DNA of 64,000 nucleotides from an uncultured Candidatus Binatia bacterium (GTDB lineage: Bacteria; Desulfobacterota; Binatia; UBA9968; JAJDTQ01): the NCBI GenBank assembly GCA_965215605.1, contig OZ244070.1, positions 3,552,001-3,616,000 on the forward strand. The letters are read 5' to 3'. Every line of letters starts with the position of its first letter. The first letter of the stretch is position 1. Of this stretch, positions 18,398-27,516 are shown piece by piece. The translations under genes were made by a program, and so were the position numbers. Below the pieces are notes generated by a model that saw only the letters and a program-made list of their open reading frames with translations, had not been told where the DNA came from and searched no databases.

Positions 18398-20044
18398 ATG
18401 AGAACGGTGGATGTGATCGCCCATATCCTGAGGCGCGAAGGAGTTGACTATTTGAGCGCGTTTCCGACCTCGACCCTGATCGAGGCGGCGGCAGAGAGCG
18501 ACATCCGCCCCGTCATCTGCCGTCAGGAGCGGGTGGGCGTGGGCATCGCCGACGGTTACAGCAGGGTCAACAACGGCCGGCCTCCGGGTGTGTTCGCCAT
18601 GCAGTTCGGCCCCGGCGCGGAGAACGCGTATGCCGGGGTGGCCACGGCATACTCCGACGCCGTCCCGGTGTTGCTGCTGCCTCTGGGGCATACGCGGGAG
18701 CGTGAAGGCGTGTTCCCCCAGTTCAGCTCGTTGAAGAACTACGCTCCCATCACCAAGTTCGTGGAGCAGGTTACCACGGCCGACCGGGTCGTCGACACCA
18801 TGAGGCGCGCCTTCGCCAGGCTCAAGATGGGGCGGCCGGGTCCGGTGATGGTGGAGATACCGGCGGACGTGGCCGGCGAGCAGCTCGACCCCGCCGTGCT
18901 TGACGCCTATCGCCCGGTGAAGGCCACGCTCTCGGAGGCCGATCCGCGGGACGTCATGGCCGCGGCCAAGGCATTGCTCGAGGCCCGGGACCCGGTGATT
19001 CATGCCGGCCAAGGGGTGCTCTACGCCGAGGCGGCGCCCGAGCTGTTGGAGCTGGCGGAGCTCACCGGCATCCCCGTCATGACCACCATGGGCGGCAAGA
19101 GCGCTTTCCCGGAGACACACCCGCTCTCGCTGGGAAGTGCCTCGGGCGTCATGAACCGGCCGGTGTACCACTTCCTCAAGAAGGCGGACCTGGTCTTCGG
19201 CGTGGGAACGAGTCTCACCCGCCACCCCATGACCACGCCCATGCCGGCGGGGAAGACGTTCATACAGGCGACGGACGATCCCATCGACATCGGCAAGAAT
19301 TACCACGTCGACCATCCCATCATCGGCGACGCCAAGCTTGTGCTGAGGCAGTTCGTGGAGGCGGTCGGGGAGCTGCTGGACGGCGGCTCCCGGACCGAGG
19401 GGTCTGCCGCGGCGGAGATCGCCGAAATGAGAGAGGGCTGGCTTCAGGAGTGGAAGCCGAAGCTGACTTCCGGCGAGGTGCCCATCAATCCCTACCGGGT
19501 CATTCGGGAGTTCATGAACGCCGTGGACCCTGCCGAGGCCATCGTCACCCACGATTCCGGCAGCCCGCGGGACCAGCTCATGCCGTTCTATCGGTCCGCC
19601 GGGCCGCGGTCCTACCTGGGATGGGGCAAATCCCACGGTCTGGGCACCGGCCTGGGGTTGAACCTGGGGGCCAAGCTGGCGGCGCCCGAGAAGTTCGTGG
19701 TCAACTTCATGGGAGACGCGGCGTTCGGCATGACCGGCCTGGACTTCGAGACCGCAGTGCGCTCGAATCTGCCCATCCTGACCATCGTGCTCAACAATTC
19801 CACCATGGCGGTGGAGACCCGCCACATGGCGCTGTCGCACGAGCGTTACGGCAGCAGGGACCTCGGCGGCAACTACGCCGACATGGCCCGGGCCATGGGC
19901 GGCTGGGCGGAGCGGGTGGAGGACCCCGCCGCCGTGGGCGCCGCCATCGTCCGGGCGCGGCGGGCGACGGAGGAGGGGCAGGCGGCCTTGCTGGAGTTCA
20001 TCACCGGTCCGGAGATCGAGTACTCCCACAAGGGTGCGTTTTAA
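18398..20044 (+). CDS. Thiamine-diphosphate-dependent enzyme (acetolactate-synthase-like family)
   Basis: CRQERVG, GPGAEN, GRPGPVMVEIP, GDAAFGM...VLNN ThDP motif; ATG 18398 after GGGAGGGAG. Confidence 0.9.
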   Translation: MRTVDVIAHILRREGVDYLSAFPTSTLIEAAAESDIRPVICRQERVGVGIADGYSRVNNGRPPGVFAMQFGPGAENAYAGVATAYSDAVPVLLLPLGHTREREGVFPQFSSLKNYAPITKFVEQVTTADRVVDTMRRAFARLKMGRPGPVMVEIPADVAGEQLDPAVLDAYRPVKATLSEADPRDVMAAAKALLEARDPVIHAGQGVLYAEAAPELLELAELTGIPVMTTMGGKSAFPETHPLSLGSASGVMNRPVYHFLKKADLVFGVGTSLTRHPMTTPMPAGKTFIQATDDPIDIGKNYHVDHPIIGDAKLVLRQFVEAVGELLDGGSRTEGSAAAEIAEMREGWLQEWKPKLTSGEVPINPYRVIREFMNAVDPAEAIVTHDSGSPRDQLMPFYRSAGPRSYLGWGKSHGLGTGLGLNLGAKLAAPEKFVVNFMGDAAFGMTGLDFETAVRSNLPILTIVLNNSTMAVETRHMALSHERYGSRDLGGNYADMARAMGGWAERVEDPAAVGAAIVRARRATEEGQAALLEFITGPEIEYSHKGAF

Positions 20045-20110
20045 CGGTTTGCATCAAAGCCGGCGGGTCATGCGCGGATGCATGGAACGCCCGGACGTGA
20101 AGAGGATTCC

Positions 20111-22816
20111 ATGCGAAAATCCATCGGCCTGATCCTGCTCGGCGCGTTCCTGCTGTTCTCGCTCTTCGGCGAGGCCATCTATCTCTACACGGACTATCTC
20201 TGGTTCGGTGAGATCGGCTATTCCGGCGTGTTCACCAAGACCCTCTGGATCAAGATCCTGCTGGGCGTGACTTCGGGCGTGCTGTTCTTTGCGCTGGTCT
20301 ACGTCAACATCAAGCTCGCGGCGCGCATTCGCGAAGGCGTGATACCGCTCAAGAGCACGAACCCCGAGGTGCCCGGGCCGGAGGAGTTGGATCCCCTGAT
20401 CAGGCGGCTGCTGCTGCCGGTGGCTCTGGTGCTGGGGTTTCTGGCCGCGCCGCAGGCGGCGATGCACTGGGAGTCGGCGCTGCTGTACTTCAACGGCGCT
20501 CCCTTCGGCATCCAGGATCCGCTCCTGGGCAAGGACATCGGCTTCTATATCTTCCGGCTTCCGGCGCTCGACGCCATCTATCGGTGGTTCCTGGTATCCC
20601 TCGGGCTCGTGCTGGTGGCCACGGCTTTCATCTACCTGTTGTACGGCGGGATCCAGTACGGGGAAGACGGACTGTCCGTCCACGCGGCAGCCAAGGTCCA
20701 CCTGTCGATACTGCTGGCGTTGTTGTTGCTGGTCCAGAGCGGCGGTTACCTGCTGGACGCCTACAAGCTCCTCTACTCGCACAACGGGGTGGTGTTCGGC
20801 GCCGGTTACACCGACATACACGCCAGGCTTCCGGCGCTCCGGGTGCTGGCGGTAGTGGCCCTGTTGGCGGCCGGGGTTTGTCTGTTTCATATGCGCCGGC
20901 CCGGTCTCCGGTACGTGGTCATCGGAATCGGGGCGCTGGCCGTGGTCCACGGCATCGGCATGTACGCGTATCCGTCCTTCCTGCAGCAGTTTCACGTGGT
21001 CCCCAACGAGCTGGTGGCCGAGACGCCCTACATCGAGCGCAACATCCGCTCCACGCGCCACGCCTACGGCCTGGACCGGGTGGAGGCACAGGAGTTTCCG
21101 GTCAACGAGGTGTTGACGGCGGAGGACCTTCAGAAGAATGACGCCACGGTCAAGAACATCCGGCTGTGGAACTACATGCCGCTGTTGTCCACGTACGCCC
21201 AGCTACAGCAGATCCGCACCTACTACGAGTTCGTGGACGTGGACAATGATCGCTACGAGATCGACGGCAACTACCGCCAAGTGATGCTCTCGGCCCGTGA
21301 GCTGTCCCACGAGCAGTTGCCGAGCCGCATCTGGATCAACGAGCACCTGGTGTACACCCACGGCTACGGGGTGGTGTTCAGCCCCGTGAACCAGATCAGC
21401 AAGGAAGGGCTGCCCGCGTTCTTCGTCAAGGACATCCCGCCGGTGTCCGAGGGTTTCATCAAGGTGACCCGGCCGGAGATCTACTTCGGTGAGGTGGCCA
21501 ACGACTACGTGTTCGTCAAGACGAAGGCGCAGGAGCTGGACTACCCGGCCGGCGACCGGAACATCTACACCACCTACGATGGCGCGGGTGGCGTGCCGTT
21601 GCGGTCGTTCTGGCGCAAGCTCTTGTATTCGGCCCGTTTCGCGACCCTGCGGATCTCCCTGTCCAACGACATTACGCCGGAAAGCCGGATTCTCTACTAC
21701 CGCAAGATACAGGACCGGGTGCAGAAACTGGCGCCGTTCCTGACCTTCGATGAAGATCCGTACCTGGTGGTCACTCCGGAGGGCCGGCTGTTCTGGATCA
21801 TCGACGGCTACACCACGTCGGACCGCTACCCGTATTCCGAGCCCAGGGAGGGAGTCGGCAACTACATCCGCAACTCGGTGAAGACCGTGGTGGACGCCTA
21901 CAACGGCACCGTGGAATTCTACATCGCCGATGGCGACGATCCGGTGGTGCAGGCCTATTCCAACGGCTTCCCGGGCCTGTTCAAGCCCATGGAGGCCATG
22001 CCGGAGGCGTTGCTCGCCCACGTGCGCTATCCCCAGGATCTGTTCAAGGTGCAGGCGCGGATGTATGCCACCTACCACATGCGGGATCCGCAGGTCTTCT
22101 ACAACAAGGAGGACCTGCTGAGCATTCCCAATCGCAAGGTGGACGATGAAGAACGGGAGATGGAGCCCTACTACACCATCATGCGCCTGCCCGGAGAGGA
22201 CAAGGAGGAGTTCGTCCTGCTCCTGCCCTTCACCCCCAACAACCGCGACAACATGCGGGCATGGCTCGCCGCCCGGAGCGACGGGTCCCATTACGGCAAG
22301 CTGCTGGCGCTCAATTTCCCCAAGGCCAAGCTCGTCTACGGCCCCAAGCAGGTCGACGCCCGCATCGACCAGGATGCGTTCATCTCGCAGCAGTTGAGCC
22401 TCTGGGGCCAGCGCGGTTCGGAGGTGATCCGCGGCAGCCTGCTGGCGATTCCCATCCAGGAATCGCTGCTCTACGTGCAGTCGCTGTATCTGGCGGCGGA
22501 GCAGGGCTCCCTCCCGGAGCTCAAGCGGGTGGTCGCGGTGTTCGGCAACCGCATCGCCATGAGGGAGAACCTCGAGGATGCGCTGAACGAGCTGTTCGGC
22601 GACTCCGCCGAGGGTCCCGCGACGGCCTCGCCGTCGGTGCGGATGGCGGCCGGGACGGAAACCGCCGGAGGAACCCCGGCGGCCCGGGCCATGGAGTATT
22701 ACCAACGCTCCATGGAACGCCTCCAGGCCGGCGACTGGGCCGGCTTCGGCGACGCGCTGCGCCAACTCGAGCAGTCCCTCCAGGCCCTGCAGGCGCCGGC
22801 TACACCGGCCCAGTAA
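20111..22816 (+). CDS. UPF0182 family integral membrane protein
   Basis: YTDYLWF, DPLLGKDIGFYIF, NIRLW, QQIRTYYEF, HLVYTHGYG, NYIRNSVK motifs. Confidence 0.92.
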   Translation: MRKSIGLILLGAFLLFSLFGEAIYLYTDYLWFGEIGYSGVFTKTLWIKILLGVTSGVLFFALVYVNIKLAARIREGVIPLKSTNPEVPGPEELDPLIRRLLLPVALVLGFLAAPQAAMHWESALLYFNGAPFGIQDPLLGKDIGFYIFRLPALDAIYRWFLVSLGLVLVATAFIYLLYGGIQYGEDGLSVHAAAKVHLSILLALLLLVQSGGYLLDAYKLLYSHNGVVFGAGYTDIHARLPALRVLAVVALLAAGVCLFHMRRPGLRYVVIGIGALAVVHGIGMYAYPSFLQQFHVVPNELVAETPYIERNIRSTRHAYGLDRVEAQEFPVNEVLTAEDLQKNDATVKNIRLWNYMPLLSTYAQLQQIRTYYEFVDVDNDRYEIDGNYRQVMLSARELSHEQLPSRIWINEHLVYTHGYGVVFSPVNQISKEGLPAFFVKDIPPVSEGFIKVTRPEIYFGEVANDYVFVKTKAQELDYPAGDRNIYTTYDGAGGVPLRSFWRKLLYSARFATLRISLSNDITPESRILYYRKIQDRVQKLAPFLTFDEDPYLVVTPEGRLFWIIDGYTTSDRYPYSEPREGVGNYIRNSVKTVVDAYNGTVEFYIADGDDPVVQAYSNGFPGLFKPMEAMPEALLAHVRYPQDLFKVQARMYATYHMRDPQVFYNKEDLLSIPNRKVDDEEREMEPYYTIMRLPGEDKEEFVLLLPFTPNNRDNMRAWLAARSDGSHYGKLLALNFPKAKLVYGPKQVDARIDQDAFISQQLSLWGQRGSEVIRGSLLAIPIQESLLYVQSLYLAAEQGSLPELKRVVAVFGNRIAMRENLEDALNELFGDSAEGPATASPSVRMAAGTETAGGTPAARAMEYYQRSMERLQAGDWAGFGDALRQLEQSLQALQAPATPAQ

Positions 22817-22957
22817 CCTGCCGGCCACGACTGTGAGGGGGGTTCCGCCGGTCGCCGCAGGGCGCCTTGCGACAAGGGGAGCATCGCCCCGCGGCGATTG
22901 CGGCGGGCGATGCGCGAGACGGCGAGAAGGGCCCGGGACGGAAACGCGAGTGGACAC

Positions 22958-23794
22958 ATGAGAAGCATGACCGGTTTCGGCCAAGCCATCCTCCAGGACA
23001 GGCAGGTCAAGGTTTCCGTACAGATCCGCAGTGTGAATCACCGGCACGCGGACATTCACCTGCGGGTGCCGAAGCTCTATCTGGGCCTCGAGGACGAGTT
23101 GCGCGAGCAGGCACGGGGGAAGATCCACCGCGGCCGCGCGGATGTCTATATCGACCGGACGCCGCTCAAGGGGCGGGGCTACCGGCTGGAGGTGGACGAC
23201 GCCCTCATGGAGCAGTACTGTGAAGCCTTGCAGCGCATCAAGAAGCGGTTTCGGCTTCAGGGCGACATCGACCTTCAATTGGTGCCGCGGCTGCCCGATC
23301 TCTTCCAGTTCAAGGAGCCGGAGCGTGTGGAAGGAAGCGAGAAGCGTTTGGTGCTGCGGGCGTTCGACACGGCCCTGAAGAGCCTGACGCGATCCCGGGA
23401 CCGGGAGGGGCGCAACCTCAAGCGTGACATGGGGGCCGAGGCCCGCCAGTTGGACCGGGTGGCCCGGAGCCTGGGGCGGCGCGCCGTGGCCATCGATCAG
23501 CGGCTGCAGGAACAGGGCGCGGCGGCCAATCCCGCGGGCGAGGCGGGGAGCGGGACCTTCAAGGGCAGCATCAACGAGGAGGTGGTGAGGTTGAGGAGCC
23601 ACGTGGAGATGCTCTCCGGCCTGATGCGGGAGCGGGAGCCGGTGGGCAAGAAGATCGACTTCCTGCTCCAGGAAGTTCAGCGGGAGCTCACCACCATCGG
23701 CGCCAAGGCGCCGCAACTGGAGGTGGTCCGCCTGGTGCTCGTGGGCAAGGAAGGCGTGGAGAAGATCCGGGAACAGGTCCAGAACGTGGAATGA
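22958..23794 (+). CDS. yicC: YicC/YloC family endoribonuclease
   Basis: MRSMTGFG, RSVNHR, GKKIDFLLQE, KIREQVQNVE; lies upstream of gmk. Confidence 0.92.
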   Translation: MRSMTGFGQAILQDRQVKVSVQIRSVNHRHADIHLRVPKLYLGLEDELREQARGKIHRGRADVYIDRTPLKGRGYRLEVDDALMEQYCEALQRIKKRFRLQGDIDLQLVPRLPDLFQFKEPERVEGSEKRLVLRAFDTALKSLTRSRDREGRNLKRDMGAEARQLDRVARSLGRRAVAIDQRLQEQGAAANPAGEAGSGTFKGSINEEVVRLRSHVEMLSGLMREREPVGKKIDFLLQEVQRELTTIGAKAPQLEVVRLVLVGKEGVEKIREQVQNVE

Positions 23795-24411
23795 CGGTCT
23801 CGATTCGAAGCTTTACCAAACGCGGCCCCGGGCTCGTGTTCATCGTATCGGCGCCGTCCGGGGCGGGCAAGACGACGTTGACGCGGAAGGTCCTGAGCCT
23901 CTATCCGGAGATGAGCCTGTCCGTGTCCTGCACGACGCGTCTGCCGCGGCATGGAGAGACTCCCGGCAAGGACTACGAGTTCGTGTCGGAGGCGGTGTTC
24001 AGACGAATGCTCGCCGCGGGAGATTTCGCCGAATGGGCGGAGGTTCACGGGAAGCTGTACGGCACCCCCCGGCGGCCGCTTGAACGCCAGCTCCGACGCG
24101 GCCGGGACGTGCTGCTGGACATCGACGTTCAGGGGGCGCGTCAGATCAAGGAGCATGTCCGCGACGCCGTGGCCATATTCGTGCTGCCGCCGTCTCTCGA
24201 CGAGTTGCGCCGGCGCCTGGCGGCCCGGGGGACGGACGCGCGCAAGACGATCGAGCAGCGCTGGCGCAACGCCAAACATGAAATTGAGGAAATTCAGGGA
24301 TATGATTACTTTATCGTCAACCGTGACGTGAAGGATGCGGTCAAGCGGCTCGCCGCAATCATCGCGGCTGAAAGGCTCAAGGTGTGCAGGTACATTCCGA
24401 AACAGAAGTAA
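23791..24411 (+). CDS. gmk: Guanylate kinase
   Basis: SAPSGAGKTT, SCTTRLPR, EWAEVHG, DIDVQGA. Confidence 0.96.
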   Translation: MTVSIRSFTKRGPGLVFIVSAPSGAGKTTLTRKVLSLYPEMSLSVSCTTRLPRHGETPGKDYEFVSEAVFRRMLAAGDFAEWAEVHGKLYGTPRRPLERQLRRGRDVLLDIDVQGARQIKEHVRDAVAIFVLPPSLDELRRRLAARGTDARKTIEQRWRNAKHEIEEIQGYDYFIVNRDVKDAVKRLAAIIAAERLKVCRYIPKQK

Positions 24412-26588
24412 GCCCCCGCCGCCGGTCGAAACGCGCCAGCGCCGGCAGCGCCATCGCCGAGCTTGTCGACAAGGTCCAGCAGTACCAGCCCGGGGCCGAC
24501 ATCGAGCAGTTGCGGGAGGCCTGCCAGTTCTCGTCGCGGGTGCATGCAGGACAGAAGCGGCTGTCCGGCGAGCCGTACCTGACCCACCCCCTGGCCGTGG
24601 CGGGCGTGCTGGCGGACCTGAAGCTCGACCTTCCGAGCATCATCGGCGGGATGCTTCACGATACGGTGGAGGACACGCTGGCGACGCTTCCGGAGATCGA
24701 GTCGGCGTTCGGCGAGGAAATCGGGGCTCTGGTGGACGGAGTGACCAAGCTGAGCCGCGTGGACTTCACCAGCCACGAGGAAAAGCAGGCGGAGAATTTC
24801 CGCAAGATGATCATGGCCATGGCCAAGGACATCCGCGTGGTCCTCATCAAGCTGGCCGACCGTACCCACAACATGCGCACGCTCCAGTATCTTTCCCCGG
24901 AGAAGCAGCGGCGCATCGCCCAGGAAACGCTGGACATCTATGCTCCCATCGCCCACAGGCTGGGAATCTACTGGATCAAGAGCGAGCTCGAGGACCTGGC
25001 CCTCAAGCACATTCGCCCGGAGATCTACGCGCAGTTGAAGAGCAGCGTGGCGCAGAAGCGGAAGCACAGGGAGAAGTACACCAATGACGTGATCTCCCGT
25101 CTGAGCAAGGCGCTGGCGGAGGAAGGCATCGACGCGGAGGTGAGCGGCAGGCCCAAGCATTTCTACAGCATCTTCCGGAAGATGGAGAACCAGAGCCTGG
25201 ACTTCAGCCAGGTTTACGACCTGGTGGCGTTCCGTGTCGTCGTGGACACCGCGCGGGAGTGCTACGAGGCCCTGGGCGTCGTTCATGCGAAGTGGCGGCC
25301 GGTGCCGGGCCGTTTCAAGGACTACATCGCGCTGGCCAAGCCCAACATGTACCAGTCCCTGCACACCACCGTCATCGGCCCCAACGCCCAGCGCATCGAG
25401 ATCCAGATCCGCACCCAGGACATGCATCGGGTGGCGGAGGAGGGCATCGCTTCCCACTGGCGGTACAAAAAGGAGAAGGACCTGCAGGTGACGGACATGC
25501 AGCGCTTCGCATGGCTCCGGCAACTCCTCGAATGGCAACAGAATCTCTCGGACCCCCAGGAGTTCCTGCACAGCATCAAGGAGGACCTCTTTCCCGACGA
25601 GGTATACGCGTTCACGCCCAACGGCGATCTGCAAAGCTTTCCCAAGGGGGCGACGGTCATCGATTTCGCCTACCGGATCCATTCCGACATCGGGCAGCAT
25701 TGCTCGGGCGCGCGGGTGAACGGAAGGCTGGTGCCCTTCAAGTACATCCTGCGGAGCGGCGATACCGTGGAGATCATCACCACCCAGGAACAGACGCCGA
25801 GCCGGGACTGGCTGAAGATGGTCAAGACTCCCCGCGCCCGGTCCCGCATACGGGCCTGGATGGCCTTGCAGCAACGGGAACGAAGCGTGGCCCTGGGCCG
25901 CGAGATCCTGGAAGCGGACTTCAGCCGTCACGGGCTGGACTTTCAGGACCTTCAGGAGGAAGGGACACTCGAGACCCTGGGGCGGGAGCTCGGGGTCAAG
26001 AACGAGGAAGGACTGCTGGCCGGCCTCGGTTACGGCAAGGTGATGTCGCGGCAGATCCTGGCCAAGCTGGTTCCGGCGGACAAGATCGCGGCGGACAAGA
26101 AACAGCTCGAGGGCGGCCTGGAGCGCCTCTTCCGGCTGGTGGGCTCCAGGGACCGCGGTGTCCGGGTCAAGGGCATCGAGGACGTGCTGGTCCGGTTCGC
26201 GCGCTGCTGCCATCCGTTGCCCGGCGAGGACATCACCGGATTCATCACCCGAGGGAGAGGCGTCACCGTGCACGTGGCCAGTTGTCCCACCGGGCTGGAC
26301 AACGATCCCGAGCGGAAGGTGGAGGTGAGTTGGTCGGAGGATGCGCAAATGCCCCGGGCGGTGAAGATCGAGGTGGGCTGCGCCGACGAGCCGGGGCTGC
26401 TGGCGGCCATCAGCTCGGCGATCTCCGAGGCGGGCGTGAATATCGCTCGCGCGCACATAAGAACGTTCGACGACAAGGCCGTCAACACCTTCGAGATCAT
26501 GATCGGAAGTTCCGATCAGCTCCGTCGGGTGTTGCAGGATATCGCCGGGGTGAAGGGGGTTTACAAGGCGAGTCGGGTCCAGGGTTAG
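24384..26588 (+). CDS. spoT: Bifunctional (p)ppGpp synthetase/hydrolase (long RSH)
   Basis: HDTVED hydrolase motif, KLADRTHNMRT, RFKD (RxKD), YQSLHT, EIQIRT, plus TGS, ZFD and ACT domains. Confidence 0.95.
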   Translation: MQVHSETEVSPRRRSKRASAGSAIAELVDKVQQYQPGADIEQLREACQFSSRVHAGQKRLSGEPYLTHPLAVAGVLADLKLDLPSIIGGMLHDTVEDTLATLPEIESAFGEEIGALVDGVTKLSRVDFTSHEEKQAENFRKMIMAMAKDIRVVLIKLADRTHNMRTLQYLSPEKQRRIAQETLDIYAPIAHRLGIYWIKSELEDLALKHIRPEIYAQLKSSVAQKRKHREKYTNDVISRLSKALAEEGIDAEVSGRPKHFYSIFRKMENQSLDFSQVYDLVAFRVVVDTARECYEALGVVHAKWRPVPGRFKDYIALAKPNMYQSLHTTVIGPNAQRIEIQIRTQDMHRVAEEGIASHWRYKKEKDLQVTDMQRFAWLRQLLEWQQNLSDPQEFLHSIKEDLFPDEVYAFTPNGDLQSFPKGATVIDFAYRIHSDIGQHCSGARVNGRLVPFKYILRSGDTVEIITTQEQTPSRDWLKMVKTPRARSRIRAWMALQQRERSVALGREILEADFSRHGLDFQDLQEEGTLETLGRELGVKNEEGLLAGLGYGKVMSRQILAKLVPADKIAADKKQLEGGLERLFRLVGSRDRGVRVKGIEDVLVRFARCCHPLPGEDITGFITRGRGVTVHVASCPTGLDNDPERKVEVSWSEDAQMPRAVKIEVGCADEPGLLAAISSAISEAGVNIARAHIRTFDDKAVNTFEIMIGSSDQLRRVLQDIAGVKGVYKASRVQG

Positions 26589-26624
26589 GCCGGGAGAATC
26601 GTCGGCCTGGGCCCGGATGGGGGT

Positions 26625-26816
26625 TCAGGCGACCTTTTCGATCTTGCCCGACCGTATGCAGCGCGTACAGACACGAATGTGCCGCACCGCGCCCTTCACC
26701 CGTGCCCGGACCTGCTGGAGATTCGGGAGCCAGCGGCGTCTGGTCTTGTTGTTCGCGTGGCTGACGTTGTTGCCGACCGAAGGCCCCTTGCCGCAGATGG
26801 TGCATTTTCTAGCCAT
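26625..26816 (-). CDS. rpmB: 50S ribosomal protein L28 (Cys-containing form)
   Basis: [10 protein letters not shown]...[20 protein letters not shown]...CTRC. Confidence 0.97.
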   Translation of the reverse strand: MARKCTICGKGPSVGNNVSHANNKTRRRWLPNLQQVRARVKGAVRHIRVCTRCIRSGKIEKVA

Positions 26817-27016
26817 GGCTACTGTCTTCGAATCCTTTCAATGAGTTCGGTGGACGTAATGGTCCGGTGTCAATCGGCAGATGATATCATAGGGATGCGC
26901 GTTTGCGAAGCAGATGGCGTGGTCCCTTGGCTCCAGGGCGTCCTGGTGTCAACCAGCACGTTGGGTCGGGGGGTTGCAGGATGAGCGCGCGGTGACGCGC
27001 CGGCCTTCCGGGACGT

Positions 27017-27051
27017 ATTCAATTGTCATTTGAATGATACCATGCTAACGG
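27017..27051 (+). promoter_or_regulatory. Putative promoter TTGTCA-N17-TAACGG overlapped by palindrome ATTCAA-N7-TTGAAT
   Basis: Read directly: ATTCAA 27017-27022, TTGTCA 27023-27028, TTGAAT 27030-27035, TGc-TAACGG 27043-27051. Confidence 0.4.
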
Positions 27052-27079
27052 GTGACACAATCATTCGAGGGGGAGCAAA

Positions 27080-27469
27080 ATGGTTCTAGACCTGAGGGTC
27101 AGCGTCAAGCGGCAGATTGATCGTTTGAGGAAGGATCTGGCAGCAGCCACGGATCGCGTCGGTGCGTTGCGCGATGAGATCAAGCGCCATGAACAGATAT
27201 ATGGGATGCTGGATGGAAGTGCCAGGAAAGGCGGGCGGGCCGGACGGCCGCGAGGGTCCGGCGGCGGCCAGAAGCGGGGGCCGCAGGGTTCGATGATCGA
27301 TTGGAATGGGATTTTCGAGAGTCTGCCTTCCGAGTTCACGCTGGATACCCTGGGCGCCGACAAGACCGCCCAGGAGAAGCCCCGCGCCTACCTTCGGCAG
27401 GTGGTCGTGAGGTGGTCCAAGGAAGGCCGGATCCGGCGCACCGGCAGGGGCCGCTATCAGAAGGCGTAA
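27080..27469 (+). CDS. Small basic protein: coiled coil + Gly/Arg linker + probable winged helix (putative DNA-binding)
   Basis: GAGGGGGAG RBS; heptad-like N-terminus; GRAGRPRG linker; C-terminal WSKEGRIRRTGRGRY wing-like motif. Confidence 0.7.
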   Translation: MVLDLRVSVKRQIDRLRKDLAAATDRVGALRDEIKRHEQIYGMLDGSARKGGRAGRPRGSGGGQKRGPQGSMIDWNGIFESLPSEFTLDTLGADKTAQEKPRAYLRQVVVRWSKEGRIRRTGRGRYQKA

Positions 27470-27516
27470 ACCGGACCGCTGGACGAGTCCATACAAGACA
27501 GTGAGTGGAGGTAACG

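Noticed and set aside
22817-22957. Structured GC-rich spacer before yicC as an ncRNA
   Set aside because: Only a generic hairpin (GCATCGCCC...GGGCGATGC); no family signature recognised. An Rfam scan would be needed.
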